Below, piece after piece: positions 13,901 through 30,853 of a DNA stretch of 64,000 nt. The notes under the pieces were generated by a model. That model ran no database searches, had not been told where the DNA came from, and was given only the letters and a program-made list of their open reading frames with translations. Within the stretch, counting starts at the first letter, position 1. Every line of letters begins with the position of its first letter. Source of the stretch: the human T2T-CHM13v2.0 reference genome, Homo sapiens; assembly GCF_009914755.1 (NCBI RefSeq), contig NC_060939.1, one strand, 5' to 3'. Made by a program: the position numbers and the translations under genes.

Positions 13901-15616
13901 GTGAGGGATTGTGGACAGAGAGGACGTCTCCCATAACTATGTCCAATGACCTGCCCTCGAGATTTTTGCTTTTTGTCCATGTTTCCAGGCCCTGGTGATC
14001 TGGAGGTTTTAGCACCCAGGAAAGAATGCTTCTGTAAGAGGGCGGCACAAGGGTGGATGCTCAGAGTGCCATCAGGCCATTTTGGACTTCTCAGGCTTCT
14101 AAGGAAACAGAGTCTTCGTGGAAGTTCCTTGGGATGCAGAGGACAGTCTGTGGGGTATCCCCACTGGGGTGCTCATTTGTGACTGGGTATGGGATGGCCG
14201 GATCTGTGCGCTGGGGACCTCCTTAGAAGTGTGTGTGCGTGCACACATATATGTGAGTATACACACACATGCACACACACTGGACAAAGGAAGGGGACCA
14301 GTTAGCAGGCCTCTGCTGTGGGAGGCTTCCTGACTCACCCTAATTTCCCCCTCTTTGAAAACTGTCTTCAATACACACAAGTAACCCAAGCAGTCAAGTC
14401 TGTTCTAGGCAACTCTGTCAATTCCCCAAGAATCTGGAAATTTGTGAAGCCCTGGAACAAGGGCCACATCTCTGCATCCTCAGTGCTGAGGATGGTGTCA
14501 GCAGAGCAGAGGCTGGGTCAGCACTTGTCCAGCCAGTCAGTCAGATGTTCACAGCAAGGGTCTAGAGAAAAACAATTCTTAGAGCCAAGCTGCCAGAAGC
14601 AAGTCTGGCTCTGGCCCTTCCCTGGGTTTGCAGCTCTCTCCTGCACTCCTTGAGAGACTCCAACATTCTTCCAATAAATTTCTTTGACTTGTAAACTAGT
14701 CAGTCTTACCTTAAACCAAAATATTCTAAATACTTACAAAGGGCTCTTCTACCACCCTAAAAGGAAATGTAGTCTCTAAAACAGGCTCTCAGCCCCTTTA
14801 AACTGCTGAGTAAGGCCTCTCAGAGGCGATCAGTTTATTCCCTCAGTTCTTGAGGTTCTCCAAGTCTGTGGTCAGCCATGATTTGCTCCTCAACACCTTT
14901 CTAACCATCCAAGGAGTTTGTCCCAGGGCCCTTGGAGAAGTGACTTGGAGCTATGAATCCTCTCCCTAGAAAAAAAGTAACATACACACACCACTGTGTG
15001 GCATTTTAAGGCACGTGGGGAGTCCAAGCTAAGCGCTTCCATTATGCATCACCTTACTCCCCAAGAGCTCCAAAAACAGAGTCACTGACGTTGATGGCTG
15101 TCAGAGACAAAGTGTGCCTTACTTCAAAAGGGGTAACATGCTTATTTCATCAAGATGCATTCTTGGCAGCAGGAACACAGTCTCTTCCTTGGAAGTCCTA
15201 TAGTAACAACCCTCCGATAACTGTGCCCTCACACAGGAAGGTCACCTAATCCTCAGAGTCCTGAAAACCCAATGGATCTGGTTTTGGCACACAAGCCGGC
15301 GCTCAGTCTGTGCGCTGATACCACCGGGCACAGGGAGCAGTGGCTGACACCTGGAGGGGAGGATGGACTGGCCACACTGCAACTTCAGGCCCCAAAGCAG
15401 CATTTGTTAGATACGAATTTCCCTTCCCCAGATGACTTCCGTGAACCTGGTATTTCAAAAGGGCCTCTGCTTTGGCAGCCCCGTGATGCCAGGAGGAGTG
15501 AAACCAAAGACCAGAAAGGAATCCTGCTCACCAAGGGCACATCCCTCGGCGGGCAATCACTGATGAGAATGGCATCTGATGCGGGATTTACTGCACTGTG
15601 GATAGGACCAAGTTAC

Positions 15617-15748
15617 CTTTGTCAGCTGCTGCTCAGAGGAAAACCCCAAACCAAACACTGTGTTGGCTCTGCTGTCGGCCCACTGCCCAAACTTCTGTGA
15701 CGTTTTGGTGAAGGTCATATTCGGTGTGATTGTGCTGTTTATGATCAC
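15617..15748 (-). CDS. HOMER2: HOMER2 coding exon 3 (132 bp), EVH1 domain
   Basis: Encodes [49 protein letters not shown] acceptor, AAG/GTAACT donor, phase 0 at both ends. Confidence 0.97.
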
Positions 15749-15887
15749 CTGCAGAAAAACAGCCCAAAGAGTGAAAATTTAAATGTTGAATGAGACAAAG
15801 TCATTCCTTAGAAAGTCTTCTATTGGCAAAGCCAGTGCTTCAAGCCTGTATCCTCTGCCCTGTTAAATTTGGTCCCGCGTTCTCCTG

Positions 15888-15933
15888 GAACAACCCATGC
15901 TGAGTCAGATGAACAACCCATGCTGAGTCAGAT
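15888..15933. repeat. Perfect 23-bp tandem duplication, each copy with TGCTGAGTCA (ARE/MARE plus AP-1)
   Basis: GAACAACCCATGCTGAGTCAGAT x2, then a partial third copy (acaaccatg). Confidence 0.9.
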
Positions 15934-16229
15934 ACACAACCATGAAAAGGGGCAACTTCAGAGACTTAACAGTCAGTCTAAAATAAGATCCTACACGTTA
16001 TCCGTGGGAGAAAGTCTCTCCTAAACAAAGAATAGTTTCCCAAACTGCTATTTATTTCCCCAAAGCTGCCACGCATCAGAGTGCCCTTAATGGCTAGCCA
16101 TGTCCCACATTCTCGGAAGAACTGCACTATGTCGCTTTATGAGTCACCTGGAGCCCCAGTGTCCAACTCAAACAATTGAAAATCTCTATAAGCAATTGAG
16201 GCCTGCTGCTTCCCAACAGGAAGGAGCAG

Positions 16230-16662
16230 GTACAGTCCAATTAGGATAATTTGTGGAGGGTTAATTGACAAAGAAACTAATTATACGGGTGTGAGTGGGG
16301 TACAGGGAATCTGTAAGGATGGTGCAGCAGCCTGGTGCTAGCTGTCACCACTCCTTGGCCTAAAAGAATGAGGGGATGGAGAGGCTACAGACCCTGGGAG
16401 GGGGAGGGGTCACGTAGAGCAAGCTACCTGTTGGGGGACACAGTCAGCACATGGCAACCTCACAGGAGTGGGGAACTGGGGGAGCAAACACCCTCGCCTC
16501 TCTCCCTTTGATTTCCACTTGCCATTGGATAAACCCAGCTAGAAGCCAGAGGGCTTGGGAGCCCACTGATGTCTGCAAGTTAGCCCCTCAGGGACCAGAG
16601 CAGTGTCAAGAAGGGTAGAGGATGAATCTGAGGTGGAAGGGTAAGAAGATAATATCTAGCAC
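16230..16662 (-). mobile_element. LTR33-like ERVL LTR remnant
   Basis: gaagccagagggc...gagcag...gaagggtagaggatgaatctgagg...ctagcaca resembles the reverse of the LTR33 5' end. Confidence 0.55.
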
Positions 16663-17375
16663 ATGGTACTTTTATTCATTCAGACATTTATTGAACATTT
16701 ACTATACACCAGACATTCTGCTAATCAAAGATACAAAGATGAATGAGTCAAGGTTCCTGGTCTTTCAATGGCAAGTAGTCAGGAAGAGGGCAAAGACATC
16801 AAACAATTGATAAGGGTTATAAAATATCAACAATGGCTTATTCAGTAGAAATCATTGCAAGCCCTAGGACTCTAAGAAACACTCAGGAAAAATACTCTTG
16901 GAAATAAAGGATTACTGGGTGTCTATGTAAGGGCAGGGTAGCAATAACCACTGGCTGCTTCCCCATCAGATGATCTGAACAGGGAATAAGAGCAATCTAA
17001 GTAAGTATTCTAAAGAGTGAACCTACCAGCAATTTTACTTACTAAGGTTGTTTATTCTCAATGGTCAACTCAGAACACTTTCCTTGTAACTGATAAAACA
17101 GAGAAGACAAAAAAAGTTTGAATGGCATAGGGCTTGCTTTCTGTGGTAGGAACCTGAGTCTACTCTTTTGCTAAAGGACAGACCTTCCAGATACAAACCG
17201 TTGCCTTAACTAAAGGGATCTAGACAGTAAGTGACAGCTGTCAGTAGTAACAGAAGTATCATTGCTCTTGCTAGATCTACATTTATCTATCTATCAGACT
17301 ATTGAGTTTGCTGATAAGCCACTGGCTCAAGAGAAAACCTTAGCTTAGCTGGTAAAATAATTTTTAGAATACTAA

Positions 17376-17811
<436 letters not shown>

Positions 17812-18980
17812 TGAGATTTGGGAAAGGTTAAACTAACTTGCTTAAGGTAACACATTAAAGCTGGCCAGTAGGAGACTCTAGAGATAAAAACCCAGTTGTC
17901 TGACTCCAAGACTTGTCCTATAAACTTCCATATCATGTTGCTTCTCATTTTATACACGATGAAGGAAACATTACTGCCCCTCTTCTTTTCCCCATCTATG
18001 AAGTACTGATGTTCATGTGCTACGGTCCAGCTGACTTTTCCTTTCTTTATAATAACCCTTCCATAATGCCAATGTCCATCTGAGTCAGGACATTTTACCA
18101 AATGTTTTCCATCTGGAAAACTGAATGCAACATGAGAAGTCAAGAGATCTGTCTACTGTCACTGGACACTATCAAGAGATGGGGGCAGGGAAGCAGGGCG
18201 TGGAAAATGGAGATCTAAACTACTGGCAAGTGTAGGGGAAAGCTATGGGACCTTGGAGGGTGGGGGGATTCTGGCTCAGCCCCAAGCAGGGTGGATATGG
18301 TGGAACCAAGACAGACCTAAGGAAGGTGTGTGGCTGGGAGCTGGATCAGGATGGATCACGTGACCCCAGAAAGCCAACCCTGGTCATCTCTCAATTACCA
18401 GAATCCTGGGAGGACAAAGCAATGACTACATCCATTCAGAAACTGGATTCACTTTAAATCTTGCTGCTACTTCACTGCAGGCCTATGCCCCTAGGTCAGT
18501 CACCACACCCCAAGTCTCCTTGAAAGGCAGTGGAAAGAGGCTGGCCAGAGTATAGGATATGGCTCTTAAGCTCACCCCATACAGGCTATCCCAGAGGCAG
18601 TCAAGCTAGAATAACAATGGTGATACCCCCTGCTATTTCCTTAAAACTTAGTTTCTAGGGCACTTTTTCACAGTCTTTAACCCCCATTTTTTTCAGATGG
18701 CGAAACTGAGGCTTAACAAGGTCAAGGGACCTGTTCAAGGTCATAAAACTAATAAGTGGCTAAAAAGAATATAATGTATGTCTTACTTACAAAGCAACAA
18801 CGGACTGATTTCTAGAGCTAAGTCTATTTACGATGGCTGGAGGTTCATTCAGCTTCTTAAATCTGTAGACTCATCAGTTTTTAGAAAATTCTCATTCTCT
18901 CCATGAATATTGCTTCCGCTCTATTCTCTCTCCTTGCTTCTACTTCTGGGACTCCAATTACAGACATGCTAGGTCTTTCA

Positions 18981-19269
18981 TTTTTCTTTGAGATAGGGTC
19001 TTGCTCTGTTGCCCAGGCTAGAGTGAAGTGGCACAAACATGGCTCACTGCAGCCTCGACCTCCTGGGCTAAAGTGATCCTCCCGTCTCAGCCTCCCAAGT
19101 AGCTGGGATTACAGGTGTGCACCACCATGCCCAGCTAATTTTTGTATTTCTTGTACAGATGGGGTTTCGCCATGTTGCCCTGGCTGATCTCAAACTCCTG
19201 GGCTCAACCAATCCATCTGCCTCAGCCTTCCGAATGCTGGGATTATAGACAGGAGCCACCATGCTGGCC
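18981..19269 (-). mobile_element. Alu (AluJ)
   Basis: Reverse Alu dimer, J-type gcagcctcgacctcctgggct. Confidence 0.9.
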
Positions 19270-19560
19270 ATGCACAATATTTTTTACACTCATCAATTAT
19301 TTTTCCCTGATTCTTGGTACTCTCTGATTCTATTTGGGTATTTTCTATTAATCTGCTTTCCAGGTCACTAATCCTGGCCACTGATGTCTCCAATCTGCTG
19401 TTAAATCTATCCATTGTTATCTTAATTTCAGACATTGTTATTTTTTAGTTCTAGAATGTCCATTTGGCTCTTTCAAAAAAAATTCTAAGACTCTGGGAGT
19501 ATTCTCCTTCCTTTCATCTATTTTGTCCATTTTCCCTCTGTTTCCTTGAATATATTAATC
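19270..19560 (-). mobile_element. Old L1M ORF1 remnant
   Basis: ORF 19190-19435 (MSEIKITMDRFNSRLETSVARISDLE) resembles the ancient L1 ORF1 coiled coil. Confidence 0.65.
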
Positions 19561-19570
19561 GTAGTTTGCA

Positions 19571-19872
19571 GGCTCATGCCTGTAATCCCAGCACTTTGGG
19601 AGGCAAAGGCAGATGGATTGCTCGAGCCCAAGAGTTCGAGACCAGCCTGGACAACATGGCAAAACCCCATCTCGACTAAAAATACAAAAATTAGCAGGGC
19701 ATGGTGCTGTGCACCTATAGTCCCAGCTACTCAGGGGGCTGAGGCAGGAGGATTACCTGGGGCTCCGGAGGTCAAGGCTGCAGTGAGCCGTGATCGTGCC
19801 ACTGTACTCTAGCCTGGGTGACAAAAGTGAGACCCTACCTCTAAGAAAAAAGAAAGAAAGAAAATAAAGAAA
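19571..19872 (+). mobile_element. Alu (AluJ), slightly 5'-truncated
   Basis: Alu dimer; TSD aatc(g/a)tagtttgca. Confidence 0.9.
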
Positions 19873-19879
19873 TCATAGT

Positions 19880-20190
19880 TTGCAATAGCATTGTCTTAAA
19901 AAATAAAAACAATCTGCATACCTTAATTTTAAAATATTTTATTGCTAAAAAATGCTAAGGACCATCTGAACCTTCAGCAAATTGTAATCTTTTTGCTGAT
20001 GGAGGGACTTGTGTCGATCCTGATGGTTGCTGACTGATCAGGGTGGTGGTTGCTGAAGGGTGGAGTCATTGTGTCAATTTCTTAAAATAAGACAACAATA
20101 TTTGCTGCATTGGTTGATTTTTCCTTTCACAAAAGATTTCTCTGTAGCATGCAATGCTACTTGACAGCATTTTACCTACAGTAGAACTTG
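19880..20190. mobile_element. Tigger2-like DNA transposon fragment
   Basis: tttattgctaaaaaatgct...cctttcacaaaagatttctctgtagcatgcaatgct recalled as Tigger2. Confidence 0.65.
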
Positions 20191-20437
20191 CAAAAACAAT
20201 GTCCACTACCAACAGAATGGATAAATACACTGCAGTATTTCCATACAATGAAATACTAATCCAGCAGGAAAATTAACCAAGGCTAACCAAATTGATCAGC
20301 ATGGATGAATCACAAAAATTTAACATTAAAAAAAAAGAAGGAAGTTACAAAAGAACACATACATTATGAGTCTCTAGTATGATTCTATTCATATAAAGGT
20401 CAAAAACAGGTAAAACTGAATAACAGATTATTTAGGG

Positions 20438-20664
20438 CAGGGGTCAGCAAACTATAACCCTCAGGCCAAATCTAGCCTATGGCCTGTTTTTGTAATTAAA
20501 GTTTTATTGGAAGACAGCCATGCCCATTCATTTACATATTGGTCTATGGCTGCTTTCTGGCTACAAAAGAGTCAAATATCTGCAGCAGAGACTGTACAAC
20601 CTGAATAAAAAACTTTTTTAAAAATTACTCTCTGACCCTTAGAGAAAAAGTTTGCCAACTTCTG
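20438..20664. mobile_element. MER58A-like hAT MITE inside an L1M 3' fragment
   Basis: Terminal inverted repeats caggggtcagcaaact / agtttgccaacttctg. Confidence 0.8.
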
Positions 20665-23456
20665 GTTTAGCGATATATACACATGTGGCAAAACTATGCA
20701 GAAAAGCAAGGGAATGCTTAATACACTCTTAATAGAGTGGTGATCTCTTGAGGAGTGGATGGGAGAGCATCTAATTAGGGAAAGGCCCATTGAAGGACTT
20801 CTGAGGTATTAATGAAAGACGTACTTCCACTGGGTGGTGGGTACATATGGGTTTGCTTTATTATTAGACATTGAATGGCACCTATTAATACAAATGGTTA
20901 AAAATAAAGTCTACAAACCCATAACAAAGTTGTTAGGGAGGCTAATCTTCAGAGTGGGCAGAGGCTTATGAAAACAGCAGGTAGTATCCTTCCCGCCCAT
21001 GGAGACACTGGAAGATTGTGTTAGGGACCGAGGAGGTGGCTGGACCTGTGGGTTCTGGCGTCAGAGGAGATACGAGACTTGAGTAAACTGGGGGATGAGA
21101 AGTAAAGGGGTCACCGGGTGGAGAGTGTCATCTGGTGGAAGAAAAGAAGAGAGGCCCAGGGCAGAAGGCTGACTTAAGGAAGCAACCAAGGAAGAGCAGG
21201 TGAAGGAGTTGGCAGTACACGTGCCACAGGTGGCCAGCAACCAAGGAAGAATTCAGCCCTGGGAGCCAAGGGTGAGTGTGTGAAGGATGAGGGCACAGCT
21301 GAGTGCCCTCAATGCGGCAGAATGACTTAGCAGAATGAGAACTGTTTACCCCTGGAGAGAGGGGAGAACGGACCTGGGGGAAGGAACCAAAGCCCAGAAG
21401 GGAGAAGGGGCTGTGCTAAAGCACCCCAGGCATAAGCTTCATACAGGCTCCCATCTCTGTGTACACCTTCTTCTTGCGTGAGTCATCTCTAAAACTTTCA
21501 CAGAGAAAGAAGCCACCCTAGTAAAAGACCCAGTCCTGCAGATCAGTGGGACCAAGTTGTCACAAAATGCACAAAACACAGGTAATCAAGAGCTGCTTGG
21601 AAGCAGCAAAATGCTAAGTTTCTCCTGTCTCCAGTCTCACCTGCTCTGGATTTCAGAGGAAGCTGCTCATGAAACAGGCAGGGGGAGACAGGCCCATCGG
21701 ATTCCTTTCATGAGAAGTCTTTCCCAAATCCAGGGAGATGAAGTTGGATGAACCTGGGAGTTTTCCATAAGAGGCTGTGACTGAGTTACAGCAATAAAAA
21801 GACATGTTGCCTGCTCCAAGAGTAGTTATTAACAGGTGCTTTTTAAAAATTTAAAACAACAACAACAAATCACAGACAGCGAAGAAAAGAAATATTCACT
21901 GAAAACCTACTGTGTGCTCGGAACCTTCCTTATGCTTGCTCCCTTAACAGAAGGTGCTCTGTATTTATTCAAAGGAGTGAATTCTAATGAGGAGTGGACG
22001 AGCAGAGCCTGAATGTGTTCCTGAAAGTAATTTTACATTTCCAAAAGAAAATACCAAATAAGTCAGAGTTTTGGATACTGATATCCTCTGAACCATCACA
22101 ATCAGGCAGCACTCGCAACACAACAGGTGTGGCTAAATATTTGTAGAATGGATGACCTCTAAGGTCTCTTCCAATACAGGTTTCTGTGATCCTATAAAAT
22201 AACTGAGAACCAAGGGCAGCAGAGTCATCCAGAGCTCCCAGGAGAAGCACCTGCTTCAGGCAAGTCTTGTCCACAGGCAGGCAGTTTCTCATAAGGATGG
22301 CAGTGATTAACTCAGTCTGGAAAGAGTGCCAACAGCACAATGAAATCAAGTGCTGTGATGGCTCAATTAACCAATGCTCTGAAAATGGAGTTTCTTTATA
22401 ATGGAGTTGGCCGTTCTGCCTAAAAACTCACCATAAATCACATGCCTATTGGCATGTGCCACATGGTTTATAGCAGTGCTCTGAGAAGCTGGGAGTGGGG
22501 AGATGCCCTCATGTGGCTCCCATCTGTCCAGTGTCTATAAACAGGGACAACCCAAGGTTTGGGTCCTTGGGTCCCCCCTTGGCAGTGACCCTGCTGTCCT
22601 TCTGTGGACACAGTACACCTGCCACAGGCCTGGAGAGAAGGTGGCCAGGCCTGACCTCATCATCCACTCATTCCCCCACCCCCTTCTATGGCGTTGCCCA
22701 CCCTGGCTTGGTGCTAGGACTCCAAAGATGAGCCAGGCATGGCTGCCATCCTCAAAGAGCTCACAGTCTCCTGGCAGCCCCAACACTGACATGGATCCAC
22801 ATAATCCCCTAGAGCTTGGGCAATGCTGAGGCAACACACTGAAGTTTTCCCACCCACTCATGTCTTTAGACAACAGCTGGAACTGACACATGAAACATTG
22901 TCCCGGGGAAGAAGGAAATGTCTTCGTGTTTTAAGAATAAAGAACAGGTCTGAGTACAGATCTTCCTGAGATGAGTAGCACCAACTGCTTCCAGAAGGAG
23001 GAGAGGCTGTCCATGCATCCCTCCCCAGGTAGAGCGTGACACATGCTTGGACAGGGCAGAGGAGCTGGCTGTGCCTGGCATGGAATGACAGCTGCTGAAG
23101 CTGTTGGCCACAGCTTTCCTTCTCAAAGAGCCTGTGCTCTTTGGCTGCCCACAGTTTACACAGAAGCTGAATCTGATGTGGCGTTTGCTCAAAATGAGCT
23201 GAGTCCATTCTACACCAGCCACTGCTTTTTTTTTTTTTTTTTTTTTTTTTTATTATACTCTAAGTTTTAGGGTACATGTGCACATTGTGCAGGTTAGTTA
23301 CACATGTATACATGTGCCATGCTGGTGCGCTGCACCCACTAATGTGTCATCTAGCATTAGGTATATCTCCCAATGCTATCCCTCCCCCCTCCCCCGACCC
23401 CACCACAGTCCCCAGAGTGTGATATTCCCCTTCCTGTGTCCATGTGATCTCATTGT

Positions 23457-27304
<3,848 letters not shown>

Positions 27305-27343
27305 TCATTAGTTGATGCAGTTTCTTCCTAGTCTCGATGGTCT

Positions 27344-28360
27344 TTACATTTTGGCATGATTTTGCAGCGGCTGGTACCGATTGTTCCTTTCCATGTTTAG
27401 CGCTTCCTTCAGGAGCTCTTTTAGGGCAGGCCTGGTGGTGACAAAATCTCTCAACATTTGCTTGTCTATAAAGTATTTTATTTCTCCTTCACTTATGAAG
27501 CTTAGTTTGGCTGGATATGAAATTCTGGGTTGAAAATTCTTTTCTTTAAGAATGTTGAATATTGGCCCCCACTCTCTTCTGGCTTGTAGGGTTTCTGCCG
27601 AGAGATCCGCTGTTAGTCTGATGGGCTTTCCTTTGAGGGTAACCCGACCTTTCTCTCTGGCTGCCCTTAACATTTTTTCCTTCATTTCAACTTTGGTGAA
27701 TCTGACAATTATGTGTCTTGGAGTTGCTCTTCTCGAGGAGTATCTTTGTGGCGTTCTCTGTATTTCCTGAATCTGAACGTTGGCCTGCCTTGCTAGATTG
27801 GGGAAGTTCTCCTGGATAATATCCTGCAGAGTGTTTTCCAACTTGGTTCCATTCTCCACATCACTTTCAGGTACACCAATCAGACGTAGATTTGGTCTTT
27901 TCACATAGTCCCATATTTCTTGGAGGCTTTGCTCATTTCTTTTTATTCTTTTTTCTCTAAACTTCCCTTCTCGCTTCATTTCATTCATTTCATCTTCCAT
28001 TGCTGATACCCTTTCTTCCAGTTGATCGCATCGGCTCCTGAGGCTTCTGCATTCTTCACGTAGTTCTCGAGCCTTGGTTTTCAGCTCCATCAGCTCCTTT
28101 AAGCACTTCTCTGTATTGGTTATTCTAGTTATACATTCTTCTAAATTTTTTTCAAAGTTTTCAACTTCTTTGCCTTTGGTTTGAATGTCCTCCCGTAGCT
28201 CAGAGTAATTTGATCGTCTGAAGCCTTCTTCTCTCAGCTCGTCAAAATCATTCTCCATCCAGCTTTGTTCTGTTGCTGGTGAGGAACTGCGTTCCTTTGG
28301 AGGAGGAGAGGCGCTCTGCGTTTTAGAGTTTCCAGTTTTTCTGTTCTGTTTTTTCCCCAT
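27344..28360 (-). CDS. L1 ORF1p (338 aa), intact
   Basis: MGKKQNRKTGNSK...NHAKM, full length, with REKG, ARR and YPAKLS motifs intact. Confidence 0.97.
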   Translation of the reverse strand: MGKKQNRKTGNSKTQSASPPPKERSSSPATEQSWMENDFDELREEGFRRSNYSELREDIQTKGKEVENFEKNLEECITRITNTEKCLKELMELKTKARELREECRSLRSRCDQLEERVSAMEDEMNEMKREGKFREKRIKRNEQSLQEIWDYVKRPNLRLIGVPESDVENGTKLENTLQDIIQENFPNLARQANVQIQEIQRTPQRYSSRRATPRHIIVRFTKVEMKEKMLRAAREKGRVTLKGKPIRLTADLSAETLQARREWGPIFNILKEKNFQPRISYPAKLSFISEGEIKYFIDKQMLRDFVTTRPALKELLKEALNMERNNRYQPLQNHAKM

Positions 28361-29263
28361 CTTTGTGGTTTTATCTACTTTTGGTCTTTGATGATGGTGA
28401 TGTACAGATGGGTTTTCGGTGTAGATGTCCTTTCTGGTTGTTAGTTTTCCTTCTAACAGACAGGACCCTCAGCTGCAGGTCTGTTGGAATACCCTGCCGT
28501 GTGAGGTGTCAGTGTGCCCCTGCTGGGGGGTGCCTCCCAGTTAGGCTGCTCGGGGGTCAGGGGTCAGGGACCCACTTGAGGAGGCAGTCTGCCCGTTCTC
28601 AGATCTCCAGCTGCGTCCTGGGAGAACCACTGCTCTCTTCAAAGCTGTCAGACAGGGACACTTAAGTCTGCAGAGGTTACTGCTGTCTTTTTGTTTGTCT
28701 GTGCCCTGCCCCCAGAGGTGGAGCCTACAGAGGCAGGCAGGCCTCCTTGAGCTGTGGTGGGCTCCACCCAGTTCGAGCTTCCCGGCTGCTTTGTTTACCT
28801 AAGCAAGCCTGGGCAATGGCGGGCGCCCCTCCCCCAGCCTCGTTGCCGCCTTGCAGTTTGATCTCAGACTGCTGTGCTAGCAATCAGCGAGATTCCGTGG
28901 GCGTAGGACCCTCCGAGCCAGGTGTGGGATATAGTCTCGTGGTGCGCCGTTTCTTAAGCCGGTCTGAAAAGCGCAATATTCGGGTGGGAGTGATCCGATT
29001 TTCCAGGTGCGTCCGTCACCCCTTTCTTTGACTCGGAAAGGGAACTCCCTGACCCCTTGCGCTTCCCAGGTGAGGCAATGCCTCGCCCTGCTTCAGCTCG
29101 CGCACGGTGCGCACACACACTGGCCTGCGCCCACTGTCTGGCACTCCCTAGTGAGATGAACCCGGTACCTCAGATGGAAATGCAGAAATCACCGTCTTCT
29201 GCGTCGCTCACGCTGGGAGCTGTAGACCGGAGCTGTTCCTATTCGGCCATCTTGGCTCCTCCC
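28361..29263 (-). promoter_or_regulatory. L1 5'UTR internal sense and antisense promoter, CpG-rich, YY1 site intact
   Basis: About 900-bp CpG-rich 5'UTR. YY1 motif CAAGATGGCCG (plus cggccatcttg, 29244-29254). Confidence 0.9.
28816..29031 (+). CDS. L1 ORF0 (71 aa, antisense ORF in the 5'UTR)
   Basis: MAGAPPPASLPPCSLISDCCASNQRDSVGVGPSEPGVGYSLVVRRFLSRSEKRNIRVGVIRFSRCVRHPFL, open from the ATG at 28816. Confidence 0.88.
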   Translation: MAGAPPPASLPPCSLISDCCASNQRDSVGVGPSEPGVGYSLVVRRFLSRSEKRNIRVGVIRFSRCVRHPFL

Positions 29264-30328
29264 CACCAGCCACTTCTTACTGAAACACATCCACTCCTTC
29301 CCTGGGGAGGAGTGGAGGCGGCTTCCCCTTCCAGCCCACAACAGCCTCCTGCTTTGAGAGGAACGAATGGCCCAGAAGTACCACTCAGAAGCTCAAAGTA
29401 ATATACTTGATGTGGCCCAGCCAACAGAGAGAGGCAGGACTCAGGCACTAGACCTGCCCAAAGTCACAGAGGTGCAGCCCATGAGCTAAGACACAGCCCC
29501 AAAAGCTAAACGCATCTGACCACCTGTCATCATGGTTCAGATCAACATTTGGGATCAAAGGCCTAAAACAAAGTGGGGCTGACCCAGTGTGGTAGAACAC
29601 AATGAGGACATCAGGAAGTGTTCATACTCCCCCAGCCCAGGTGCATCCATTCCTAAGTGGTCTGCCTGAGGCTCCACGGCATGCATGAGGCCTGGGACGT
29701 GCAGCTGGGCAGGGAGCAGAGCTCCAGGCTTGGGTAGCCAGTGAACATGGAACCAGAATAGATGCTCAGGAATAAGAACAGAAGTGGAACCAAGCCGACT
29801 GAACAGAGATGGGGGTGAGGGTGGGCAAGGGCAACAGACAAGAGCCCATAAGGAGAAGGCACTGGCATCAGCACAGATGCCCAGCAGTCCGCTCAACACA
29901 CTGCACCTGATTCCAGTCTGCAGACAGCAGGCGATCCATCTGGAGTATTCAGGCAGGATCGAGATTGGGCTCAGGGAGATGAGGACCTTAGTAATGGGTG
30001 GGGAAGGGGCAAGCCGCGGGGGACCAGGCAGCAGCAACAGTTGCTATCACCCTAGGGTTCTCTCTCCATGCCCACCCGACTTGTGGAACAGCTGAAGGCA
30101 CAGGGTATGATCTAGACCTAGGCTGCTGGGTTTACAGGTTGCTGCCTGCCAGGTCGAGAGAGGGCCCAGCAGGGCTGAATGTGCATTGGGACCACTTTCC
30201 AGTGCAGTGTGGTCAGGTTCTCCAGACAGGATACGTGCTCCCATCCCCAATCCCTGAATGCCAACTGTAGTAATTAAACAACTGAGGTCCACCCTACTCC
30301 CCACTTCCTGGGGCCTTCTGTTCCCTCA

Positions 30329-30853
<525 letters not shown>

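Noticed and set aside
12267-14653. Dense set of 70-186 aa ORFs in GC-richer unique intron
   Set aside because: Overlapping on both strands, mostly GTG/TTG starts, no homology or exon structure; consistent with chance.
23150-23226. 3' transduction carried by the L1HS
   Set aside because: The poly(A) tail directly abuts the TSD, with no extra sequence.
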